The position numbers and the translations under genes are program-made. A stretch of 64,000 bases of DNA, taken from an uncultured Gammaproteobacteria bacterium. Lineage in GTDB: Bacteria; Patescibacteriota; Microgenomatia; CAZXEC01. The notes beneath the pieces were generated by a model. That model did not search any database, had not been told where the DNA came from, and worked only from the letters and a program-made list of their open reading frames with translations. The DNA is taken from assembly GCA_964639595.1 (NCBI GenBank), contig CAZXEC010000001.1:390903-454902 (forward strand), given 5' to 3'. Of this stretch, positions 20,077-28,131 are shown piece by piece (positions within the stretch are counted from its first letter, which is position 1; every line of letters begins with the position of its first letter).

Positions 20077-21804
20077 ATGTGGAGAATCAAGTTCCTCTTT
20101 TTTGCTATTGTAGTGGTAGGATTTTTGATCATTGCCAGATTATTTTTTTGGCAAGTATTATCACAGGATAAACTTCAAGCTAGAGCAGAACAGCAGCACT
20201 GGTTTATAAGGGAAATCGGTGCCAGCAGGGGAGAAATATTTGATAGAAATGGTGCCAAACTAGTGGGGAATGATTTGGCCTTTTTGGTGTATGCCAACTT
20301 GCCGGCGCTTGTCGAATCGCAAAAAGCAGAAATTGCCAGAGTCCTGGCGCCGGTTGTCTATCAAGGTAATGAAGCCACGGCCTCGGCAGTTGATTTGCCT
20401 GCTAGCAAGAATTTCCAAGAGGAGATTTTAGCAAAATTAAATCAATCCAATTTAATTTGGGTGCCTCTGGCGCGCAAAATTAGCCAGCAATCCAAAAAAA
20501 CTATTGAATCTTATAATTTTGACGGCATAAACTTTGAGCAAGACAACCAAAGATTTTATCCGGAAGCATCCATGGCAGCCCAACTCTTAGGGTTTGTCGG
20601 CTCTGACCAGGACGGTCGCGATAGAGGTTATTTCGGGCTAGAAGGATTTTACCACCAGGATCTTAAGGGTAAGCCGGGGGAAGTTCAACAAGAACGTGAT
20701 GCCCGTGGTCGGCCCATCCTGATTGGCGGGTATAAAATTGGCCAAGCAGAAGATGGCAGGAATTTACAACTCTACCTGGATCGTACTATTCAATATTTTG
20801 CAGAAAAACATTTGGCAGCAGGTGTTTTGAGATATGGGGCCAAATCAGGCTCGGTGGTGGTAGTGGATCCTCAAACCGGTGGGATATTGGCGATGGCTTC
20901 TTATCCGGCATATGATCCATTAAACTTTACCAAGTATCCGGCTGTCCTCTATAAAAACCCGCTGGTGGCTGATACTTATGAGCCAGGATCAACTTTTAAA
21001 GTGTTTATTATGTCGGCGGCGCTCCAGGAAAGTTTAGTAAAGCCGGACACCATTTGTCCTATCTGCCATGGACCTAAGAAAATTGGTGAGTATGCTGTCA
21101 GAACTTGGGACAATAAGTACAGAGCCAACTCTACCATGGCTGATGTTATCATACACTCGGATAACGTTGGCATGACCCATGTGGCTGACTTGTTGGGACT
21201 AGATAGGCTATATAAATATATTGAAAATTTTGGTTTCGGCCAACTGACAGGAATTGACTTGCAGGATGAAGCGGCAGCCCAGTTGCGCCCCAAAAGTGAT
21301 TGGTATCCGATTGATGTGGCAACTGCCTCATTCGGTCAAGGAGTAGCAGTGACTGCTATCCAAATGGTTAGTGCTGTATCAACACTGGCTAACGGTGGGA
21401 AATTAATGGAACCGCATGTGGTTGAAAAAATTATTGGGAGAGATAAAACAATCGAAATAAAACCTAAAATTATCAGGCAGATTTTAAGACCGGAAACAAC
21501 CAAGCAGGTGACTGAAATAATGGTGCAGGCAGTAGAAAAAGGAGAAGCCAAATGGACCAGGCTTTCTGGCTTTAGAATTGCCGGTAAAACCGGGACGGCC
21601 CAGATTCCCATTGCCGGGCATTATGATCCCAAAAAGACCATTGCTTCTTTTGTGGGATTTGCGCCAGCTGATCAGGCCCGCTTTGTGATGTTGGTCAGGT
21701 ATGATGAGCCAACCAGTTCTCCTTATGGAGCAGAAACCGCCGCTCCCACTTTTTTTGCCATTGCCCGCGATATTTTAGGCTATCTAAATATTGCCCCGCA
21801 GTAG
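20077..21804 (+). CDS. ftsI: Class B penicillin-binding protein (FtsI/SpoVD-like)
   Basis: RGEIFDRNG, EPGSTFK (SxxK), SDN, KTGTAQ. Confidence 0.95.
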   Translation: MWRIKFLFFAIVVVGFLIIARLFFWQVLSQDKLQARAEQQHWFIREIGASRGEIFDRNGAKLVGNDLAFLVYANLPALVESQKAEIARVLAPVVYQGNEATASAVDLPASKNFQEEILAKLNQSNLIWVPLARKISQQSKKTIESYNFDGINFEQDNQRFYPEASMAAQLLGFVGSDQDGRDRGYFGLEGFYHQDLKGKPGEVQQERDARGRPILIGGYKIGQAEDGRNLQLYLDRTIQYFAEKHLAAGVLRYGAKSGSVVVVDPQTGGILAMASYPAYDPLNFTKYPAVLYKNPLVADTYEPGSTFKVFIMSAALQESLVKPDTICPICHGPKKIGEYAVRTWDNKYRANSTMADVIIHSDNVGMTHVADLLGLDRLYKYIENFGFGQLTGIDLQDEAAAQLRPKSDWYPIDVATASFGQGVAVTAIQMVSAVSTLANGGKLMEPHVVEKIIGRDKTIEIKPKIIRQILRPETTKQVTEIMVQAVEKGEAKWTRLSGFRIAGKTGTAQIPIAGHYDPKKTIASFVGFAPADQARFVMLVRYDEPTSSPYGAETAAPTFFAIARDILGYLNIAPQ

Positions 21805-21808
21805 CTTG

Positions 21809-22510
21809 CTACCAAGCAGCGCTGGGATGCTCACGATCAATAATGAATTTCTTAAAATTACCCTGGCAGTATTTTTGGGCCAGTAGTTCAAATTCTGCCA
21901 TAGCCAGATCTAAATTTTGCCTATTTTCATCAGGAGATTCAAAAACCAAGATGGCATTTTTGGTCTGTTCTGTTAGTTTGGTCCTGTCGCCTTCTCGCCA
22001 ATTCCATCTTCTACAAACTGCACCACTGTTATCTTTATAAATAACTTCACCCACCACAGGCGGATCGTTGGCTGTTTGCCCTAAAGGGATAAACTCTTCA
22101 CGGCCGCTGGCAAAATTAAAGATTAGATCGCCGTCTATTTTATCAAGATCTTCTCCGCCGACTGCCAGCAGATATTTTAAGGAAATATAATTGTATAAGT
22201 CGACTAATTTGTTAATATGAGGCAGGGGGTTTTCTCTTGCAGCTCTTCTTACCAGTGCCTCGATTGAGCTTCTATAGTCATGAGGATCGCAACCAAATTT
22301 TCTATATATATTTCTCCAGGCAAGAATTGTGGGGTGTTCTGCCACAGATGCAAACTGGGAAAATGCTTGTCTGACCTCTCTTTCGGCTTGTCTTTGCAGG
22401 TTGCCAATTGTTACCTCATCGCCATTATTATCCAAATTAAATCCAACTATGGCGCCGATAGTAATATTGGCAAATGACTCAAAAATAGCGTCTGACACTA
22501 CTAATTTCAT
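21809..22510 (-). CDS. Stand-alone B3/4-domain protein (PheRS-beta editing-like)
   Basis: RSSIEALVRR, INKLVDLYNYIS, GGEDLD, CRRWNWRE. Confidence 0.88.
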   Translation of the reverse strand: MKLVVSDAIFESFANITIGAIVGFNLDNNGDEVTIGNLQRQAEREVRQAFSQFASVAEHPTILAWRNIYRKFGCDPHDYRSSIEALVRRAARENPLPHINKLVDLYNYISLKYLLAVGGEDLDKIDGDLIFNFASGREEFIPLGQTANDPPVVGEVIYKDNSGAVCRRWNWREGDRTKLTEQTKNAILVFESPDENRQNLDLAMAEFELLAQKYCQGNFKKFIIDREHPSAAW

Positions 22511-22576
22511 GACAAGAGTATATACAAAAAAAGTAGCAAATTACAACTGATTAAGATATAATTAGCTTCCAGATCA

Positions 22577-23797
22577 ATGCTACAGACTCTCAAAAACTGG
22601 TACCACTTGCTGCAAGCCTTAACAGCCTGTTTCTGGTTTGGTTTTCCTTCCGCCAGACTTCAGGTAATTGGCGTCACTGGCACTGATGGTAAGACCACCA
22701 CAGTCAATCTGATTTACCACATCCTCAGGCAAGCTGGTAAAAAAGTATCAATGGTGTCCTCAATCAATGCCGTGTTGGGCAACGAGGATTATGATACCGG
22801 CTTTCATGTGACCACCCCTGACCCTTATTTTTTGCAAAAATATCTTAAAATGGCGGCGGATGACGGTGCGGAATATATGATAGTGGAAGCCACTTCCCAT
22901 GGTTTGGACCAAAACCGCCTCTGGGGAGTAAAATTTAAGGCCGCGGTTGTTACCAATATTACTCATGAACACCTGGATTATCACAAGACTTACCAGAATT
23001 ACTTAAAGTCCAAGGCCAAACTTTTTACCAATGTTGATTTGAGTATTCTTAACTTGGATGATCAGTCTTATTGGGTACTAGCTAAATTAGCTGCCGGTAA
23101 AAAAATAACCTATTCCCTAAAAAATAATACTGCCGACTATACAGTTGATAAATTTCCCTTCCAGACCAAGCTGACCGGAGAGTACAATAAATATAATATT
23201 TTGGCAGCACTGGCCTGTTGTCGGGAGTTGGGAATTGATAAGCAGGCCATACGAGATGCCATTGCCGGCTTTTCGTCGTTGGCAGGCAGGATGGAAAAAA
23301 TTGACTTGGGGCAGGATTTTTCTGTGGTGGTTGATTTTGCCCATACACCAAATGCCCTAGGCCAGGCCTTAGGCGCACTGCGTTCAACTACCAAAGGTAG
23401 ATTGATGGCTGTTTTTGGCTGTGCTGGCTTGCGGGACAGGCAAAAAAGGCCGCTGATGGGACAGGTAGCAGGAAAACTGGCAGATCTGGCAGTAATTACC
23501 GCTGAAGATCCCAGGACTGAAGATGTCGGGCAAATTATTGATCAGATTGCCCAGGGCATGCAACAATCAGGGATGGAGGAATCAATGATGAATGATAAAG
23601 GATTAAGGATGAAAGGTTTTTATAAAGTGCCTGATAGAAAAGAAGCAATAGAGTTTGCCATCAATCTGGCGCAAACCGGTGATACAATAGGGATTTTTGG
23701 TAAAGGACACGAAAAATCTATGTGCTATGGTACGAAAGAATATTCCTGGTCAGATCAGGAGGCTGCTTACGCCGCCATCAGGAAAAGGTTATCATGA
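22577..23797 (+). CDS. murE: UDP-MurNAc-dipeptide--diamino acid ligase
   Basis: GVTGTDGKTTT, EATSHGLDQ, VDFAHTP, EDPR, GKGHE. Confidence 0.95.
   Translation: MLQTLKNWYHLLQALTACFWFGFPSARLQVIGVTGTDGKTTTVNLIYHILRQAGKKVSMVSSINAVLGNEDYDTGFHVTTPDPYFLQKYLKMAADDGAEYMIVEATSHGLDQNRLWGVKFKAAVVTNITHEHLDYHKTYQNYLKSKAKLFTNVDLSILNLDDQSYWVLAKLAAGKKITYSLKNNTADYTVDKFPFQTKLTGEYNKYNILAALACCRELGIDKQAIRDAIAGFSSLAGRMEKIDLGQDFSVVVDFAHTPNALGQALGALRSTTKGRLMAVFGCAGLRDRQKRPLMGQVAGKLADLAVITAEDPRTEDVGQIIDQIAQGMQQSGMEESMMNDKGLRMKGFYKVPDRKEAIEFAINLAQTGDTIGIFGKGHEKSMCYGTKEYSWSDQEAAYAAIRKRLS
23584..23618 (+). repeat. Heptamer array in-frame in murE
   Basis: AATGATG AATGATA AAGGATT AAGGATG AAAGGTT; encodes MMNDKGLRMKG. Confidence 0.8.
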
Positions 23798-24540
23798 AAA
23801 TAGCTGGTATAATTTTAGCAGCCGGTAAAGGCACCCGTTTTAATAAAGGCGCGCCATCACGCCTGCCCAAAGTGTTATACAAAATTGGTGGTCGACCAAT
23901 GCTTGGTTATACTTTGGATATCCTCAAGCATTTAGGGGTTGAACCCCTCAATACAGTGATTGTGATTGGACATCAAGGCCACCTGGTCAGGCAATTTGCC
24001 GGCAGCCAATATAAATATGCTATTCAAAATCCACCCCTGGGAACAGGTGATGCCTTAAAGTGTGGACTTGGCCAAGTTCCAGCGGACTTTAATACCGTCC
24101 TTTGCTTAAATGGTGATGATAGTGCTTTTTATAAACCACAGACTATCAATAAGATTATAAAAATCCATTTCCAAGAAAAATCAACTATCACCTTTGTCAC
24201 ATTACAAAAAGAAAATCCTGTTGGCTTGGGAAGAATCATCAGGGATCAAGCCGATCACCTGCAGGGTATTATTGAAGAAAAAGATGCCACTGACAGAGAG
24301 AGACAAATCAAAGAAGTAAATGATGGATTATATATATTTGAAAAAAACTGGCTAACCGACAATATTGTTGACCTTCCACGCGGTCCACAAGGAGAATATT
24401 ATTTGGTAGACTTAGTAAAGATGGCGCTGGGCCAAAACAAGAAAGTGATTGCCTATAAACTGACGGATGCCAGCCAATGGTGGGGTGTTAATACCCCGGA
24501 AGAATTGATCCAGGCCAATCAACTGATGTCAAAGGAATAA
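23794..24540 (+). CDS. glmU: GlmU N-terminal uridyltransferase domain (stand-alone)
   Basis: ILAAGKGTRF..LPKVL, LGTGDA, GEYYLVD, WGVNTPEEL; ATG 23794 overlaps murE stop. Confidence 0.9.
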   Translation: MKIAGIILAAGKGTRFNKGAPSRLPKVLYKIGGRPMLGYTLDILKHLGVEPLNTVIVIGHQGHLVRQFAGSQYKYAIQNPPLGTGDALKCGLGQVPADFNTVLCLNGDDSAFYKPQTINKIIKIHFQEKSTITFVTLQKENPVGLGRIIRDQADHLQGIIEEKDATDRERQIKEVNDGLYIFEKNWLTDNIVDLPRGPQGEYYLVDLVKMALGQNKKVIAYKLTDASQWWGVNTPEELIQANQLMSKE

Positions 24541-24543
24541 TCA

Positions 24544-25215
24544 ATGAATTTAAAATTTCCGGACTGGGAGAGATCACAGAAGAAAATTGACCAACTTCAG
24601 TCTGCCGGGGTGCGCTTTTATCAACCTGGTAGTTGTGTGGTGGCAGAGAAGGTACAAATCAAATCAGGTACAGCAATTTTACCCAACTGCCGCATTTTAG
24701 GGAAAACCACGATTGGTAAAAATTGCCAGATAGGACCGGATTGCTTAATAGATAATTGCCAAATTGGTGATGATTGCCAGATTGTCGCGTCTTGCTTGGA
24801 AGAGGCGGTCATTGAAAGTAGTGTTGATATTGGCCCGTATTCTCATATTAGAGAGGGCACGGTTATTAAAAAAAGCGCTCATATTGGAAATTTTGTAGAA
24901 ACAAAAAATACCGAAATTGGCCAAAGTACCAGAGTTGGACATATGTCATATCTTGGTGATGCGACAGTTGGCCAAGATGTCAATGTGGGAGCAGGGGCTG
25001 TTGTTGCTAATTTTGACGGACAAAAAAAATATCAAACTAAAATTGGATCAGGAACTCAAGTTGGGTCAGATACCATCCTTGTTGCTCCTGTTTCTGTGGG
25101 ACGGAATGCCAAAACTGGTGCCGGAGCAGTGGTGATTGAAGATATTCCCGATGATGCCTTGGCAGTCGGAGTGCCGGCCAAAGTTATCAAAGTGAGAGGG
25201 GTAAGAATTAAATGA
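24544..25215 (+). CDS. glmU: GlmU C-terminal glucosamine-1-P acetyltransferase domain (stand-alone)
   Basis: IGPYSHIR, IGNFVETKN, HMSYLGDA, GAGAVVANFDG. Confidence 0.9.
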   Translation: MNLKFPDWERSQKKIDQLQSAGVRFYQPGSCVVAEKVQIKSGTAILPNCRILGKTTIGKNCQIGPDCLIDNCQIGDDCQIVASCLEEAVIESSVDIGPYSHIREGTVIKKSAHIGNFVETKNTEIGQSTRVGHMSYLGDATVGQDVNVGAGAVVANFDGQKKYQTKIGSGTQVGSDTILVAPVSVGRNAKTGAGAVVIEDIPDDALAVGVPAKVIKVRGVRIK

Positions 25216-26393
25216 GATTGTATGAATTTGAAGCCCGCCAACTCTTAAAAGATCAAGGAGTGAACGTCCCTGATGGGAAACTTATCACCAGTGTCGAAGA
25301 CCTTAAAAAATTACCCGCAGATTATTTGGTTGTCAAAGCGCAAGTATTGACAGGCGGCAGGCAAAAAGGCAATCTGGTGAGAATCAGAGATAATGCCGGT
25401 CAAGTAGCTGCCGACGTTAAAGAATTATTATCTGAAAAAGATGATTATGTTTCCTCTATATTGGTTTGTCAAAAAATTACTTCACAAAAAGAATATTATG
25501 TTAGTTTTTCTTATGATACTTCCAGCCGAACTCCGGTGTTAGCTTTTTCTGATCAGGGAGGCGTTGATATTGAAGATGCCAAAAAGGTGAAAATTTATCC
25601 GATTGATCCATTGACTGATTTTGATCCGTCAGCTTTACCGATTCCGAAGGATTTAGTTGACACAGTGGCCAAACTATATCAGGTTTTTGTCAAATATGAT
25701 TGCGAGCTGGTGGAAGTAAATCCCCTGGTGGTTGATACTGCAGGACAAATTCTGGCGCTTGATGCCAAGATTATTTTGGATGATGATGCGGACTTTCGCA
25801 GAGAAGCAAACCCCGATTTAATCGGGGTAAAATTCCCGGAAAGAAATTTATTTGGCAGAGCTTCAACAGAAGCAGAAATTGAGGCCAGAACTATTGATGA
25901 GGGAGATCATCGAGGCACAGCCGGTTCTGTTTATTGGGATCTACCAGGTGACATTGCAGTGCTGGCTGCCGGCGGCGGCGGTTCTATTGTCTGCATGGAT
26001 GCTTTAATCGCCTTGGGAGGCAAACCTGCCAATTATACCGAGCATTCCGGCAATCCGCCTCGAGAAAAAATTAAACAGCTGACTAAAATAATTCTTGCCA
26101 AAAGTGGTTTGAAAGGTTGTTGGGTGGTAGGCGGCACCGCTAATTTTACAGATATTTATGAAACCTTGATGGGTTTTGTGGAAGGTTTAAGAGAAACCAG
26201 CCCCAAGCCTGGTTATCCGATTGTGATCCGTCGCGGCGGCCCCAGGGATCGTGAAGCTTTTGAGGCGCTAAAAGAAATTGGTAAAAAAGAAGGCTATGAT
26301 TTTCATATATATGGTCGGGAAACACCCATGACAGCGACAGCCAAAACAATAGTGGAACTGGCTTATGGCAAAGGGGAAAGGGGTAAAGGGTGA
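25212..26393 (+). CDS. aclB: ATP citrate lyase / citryl-CoA synthetase large subunit (ATP-grasp plus citrate-binding domain)
   Basis: LYEFEA, VVKAQV, EVNPL, LDAK plus ACL-type motifs AGGGGS, NYTEHSGNP, GGTANFT, IRRGGP (not the SucC GAGL/NFLDVGG). Confidence 0.82.
   Translation: MRLYEFEARQLLKDQGVNVPDGKLITSVEDLKKLPADYLVVKAQVLTGGRQKGNLVRIRDNAGQVAADVKELLSEKDDYVSSILVCQKITSQKEYYVSFSYDTSSRTPVLAFSDQGGVDIEDAKKVKIYPIDPLTDFDPSALPIPKDLVDTVAKLYQVFVKYDCELVEVNPLVVDTAGQILALDAKIILDDDADFRREANPDLIGVKFPERNLFGRASTEAEIEARTIDEGDHRGTAGSVYWDLPGDIAVLAAGGGGSIVCMDALIALGGKPANYTEHSGNPPREKIKQLTKIILAKSGLKGCWVVGGTANFTDIYETLMGFVEGLRETSPKPGYPIVIRRGGPRDREAFEALKEIGKKEGYDFHIYGRETPMTATAKTIVELAYGKGERGKG
25810..25828. repeat. Short perfect palindrome in-frame in ACL subunit
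   Basis: ACCCCGATT-T-AATCGGGGT (encodes PDLIGV). Confidence 0.6.
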
Positions 26394-26435
26394 AGAAAAT
26401 CTTTCCCCTAAACGCTTGACGCTTTACCCTAACTA
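26371..26435. repeat. Inverted heptamer-array element at gene junction
   Basis: AGGGGAA AGGGGTA AAGGGTGA ... TTTCCCCT AAACGCT TGACGCT TTACCCT AACTA(ATG); shares CTTGACGCTTTAC with 1240-1252. Confidence 0.85.
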
Positions 26436-27347
26436 ATGATTTTAATAAACGAAAAAACTAAAGTTTTGGTACAGGGGATCACTGGTAAAGAAGGTTCCAA
26501 AGTGGCTTTGCAGATGCAAAACTATGGCACTAAAGTCTTGGCCGGAGTCACTCCGGGAAAAGGCGGAGAAGAAGTACATGGAGTACCAGTATATGACACA
26601 GTCGCCCAAGCTCTAAAAAACCACCCAGGTATTAATGCTTCGTTTGTGGCAGTACCTAATTTTGCCGCCTTATCAGCAGTTAAAGAAGCAGCAGTAGCCA
26701 AAATTGGGCTGATTAATGTTTTAACTGAACATGTACCGGTTCATGATACGGCTGTGATGATTGCCTTGGCCAAACAAAATAACGTCTGTTTGGTTGGCCC
26801 CAGTTCAATCGGGATTATCGCACCCGGAACTGGTAAAATTGGTTCAATCGGCGGAGATGACCCGCGGGGGGTATTTAGTCCAGGGGTGGTAGGTGTAATT
26901 TCCAAAAGCGGCGGCATGGCCTCGGAGATTTCCTGGATTTTAACAACAGCCGGTCTGGGGCAGTCAACAGTAGTGGGAATTGGCGGCGATATTTTAATAG
27001 GTAGCAATTTTGCCGATCTTTTATTACAATTCGATGGAGATGATCAAACCCGGGTGGTGGTGTTGTTTGGAGAAATTGGCGGTACTTACGAAGAGGAAGC
27101 AGCAGAATATATAAGTGGTAAGGGGAAAGCGGGAAGGGGAAAGTTTAGTAAACCAGTGGTGGCTTTTGTGTCCGGTTTATTTGCAGAAACCTTGCCTTCT
27201 GGTACCAAACTGGGGCATGCCGGAGCGATAGTTTACGGTAATAAAGGAAGTTATCCATCTAAGGTAGAGGCGCTCAAGAGAGCTGGAGTAGTGATGGCCA
27301 AGACCCTGGATGAAATCCCGACTTTGGTAAAAAAGGAGCTAAAATAA
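26436..27347 (+). CDS. SucD-like CoA-binding subunit (citryl-CoA synthetase small subunit)
   Basis: VQGITGKEG, GVTPGKGG, SKSGG, GEIGG, GHAGA phospho-His. Confidence 0.88.
   Translation: MILINEKTKVLVQGITGKEGSKVALQMQNYGTKVLAGVTPGKGGEEVHGVPVYDTVAQALKNHPGINASFVAVPNFAALSAVKEAAVAKIGLINVLTEHVPVHDTAVMIALAKQNNVCLVGPSSIGIIAPGTGKIGSIGGDDPRGVFSPGVVGVISKSGGMASEISWILTTAGLGQSTVVGIGGDILIGSNFADLLLQFDGDDQTRVVVLFGEIGGTYEEEAAEYISGKGKAGRGKFSKPVVAFVSGLFAETLPSGTKLGHAGAIVYGNKGSYPSKVEALKRAGVVMAKTLDEIPTLVKKELK
27114..27148 (+). repeat. Heptamer array in-frame in SucD-like gene
   Basis: AGTGGTA AGGGGAA AGCGGGA AGGGGAA AGTTTAG; encodes SGKGKAGRGKF. Confidence 0.75.
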
Positions 27348-27352
27348 CAATT

Positions 27353-28117
27353 ATGGATAAGCAAAGCTTTTCTTCGAATAAAAGGTGGAAGACAGCCATT
27401 TCCGCAATAATTGACGGCCAACCTCACATTAGGGGCTATAAACTGGCAGATCTGGTGGATAAACTTACCCTTACCGAGGTGATCTTTTTGGAACTTAAAG
27501 GAGAATTACCGACAGGTAGCCAGCGCCAGATGATGGATGCTATTTTAATCTCCACTGTTGATAATGGTTTGGGCCCGCCGTCTGTTACTAACGCCCGAAA
27601 CTCGGCATCAAGTGTCAATCCGATGCAAGCATCAGTGGCTGCCGGAATTTTAGGTATCGGGGAGGCACATGGCGGGGCTATTGAGGAAGCAGCCCACCTA
27701 TTGCAGATGGGATACGCGGCTCCAGTTCTGGTAGAAAAAATTTTAGGCAAAGGCGATAGGATTCCCGGCTATGGCCACAAAGTCTATGATATTGACCCCA
27801 GAGCAACCCAGCTTTTGGACAAAGCCCAACAACTGGGATTTTATGGCGAGTACTGCACTTTGGCCAAAGAGGTAGGCAACGAACTGGAAAAGCAAAAAGG
27901 CAAGAAAATTCCCCTCAACGTTGATGGGGCTATTGCCGCCATTGTGTCTGATATGGGTTTTGACTGGCGTCTGGGCAAGGGCTTTTTCATAATCGGCAGA
28001 ACAGTCGCTTTGGTGGCTCACAGTTTTGAGGAGACAACCAGAGAAAAACCTTTCCGAAGAATTAGCGATGAAGATATTGAATACGACGGTCCTAACCCAA
28101 GAAAACTACCGCGTTAA
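27353..28117 (+). CDS. ccl: Citryl-CoA lyase (short citrate-synthase-like protein)
   Basis: WKTAIS, HGGA, IPGYGH, DPRA, PLNVDGAIAA; 254 aa, shorter than a typical citrate synthase. Confidence 0.85.
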   Translation: MDKQSFSSNKRWKTAISAIIDGQPHIRGYKLADLVDKLTLTEVIFLELKGELPTGSQRQMMDAILISTVDNGLGPPSVTNARNSASSVNPMQASVAAGILGIGEAHGGAIEEAAHLLQMGYAAPVLVEKILGKGDRIPGYGHKVYDIDPRATQLLDKAQQLGFYGEYCTLAKEVGNELEKQKGKKIPLNVDGAIAAIVSDMGFDWRLGKGFFIIGRTVALVAHSFEETTREKPFRRISDEDIEYDGPNPRKLPR

Positions 28118-28131
28118 TATTGAAATTTAAT

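Noticed and set aside
21801-21812. GTAGC-TT-GCTAC palindrome at the ftsI/B3-4 convergence
   Set aside because: 5-bp stem formed largely by the two facing TAG stops; too short to support a call.
24538-24543. Stop-codon recoding (genetic code 25 or readthrough) joining the glmU halves
   Set aside because: The stop is TAA, TGA ends many genes in the window, and the second half has its own ATG with an SD-like AAGGA.
25212-28117. Annotation as sucC-sucD-gltA (oxidative TCA fragment)
   Set aside because: The large subunit has ACL-type citrate-binding motifs, and the third protein has citryl-CoA lyase size and motifs.
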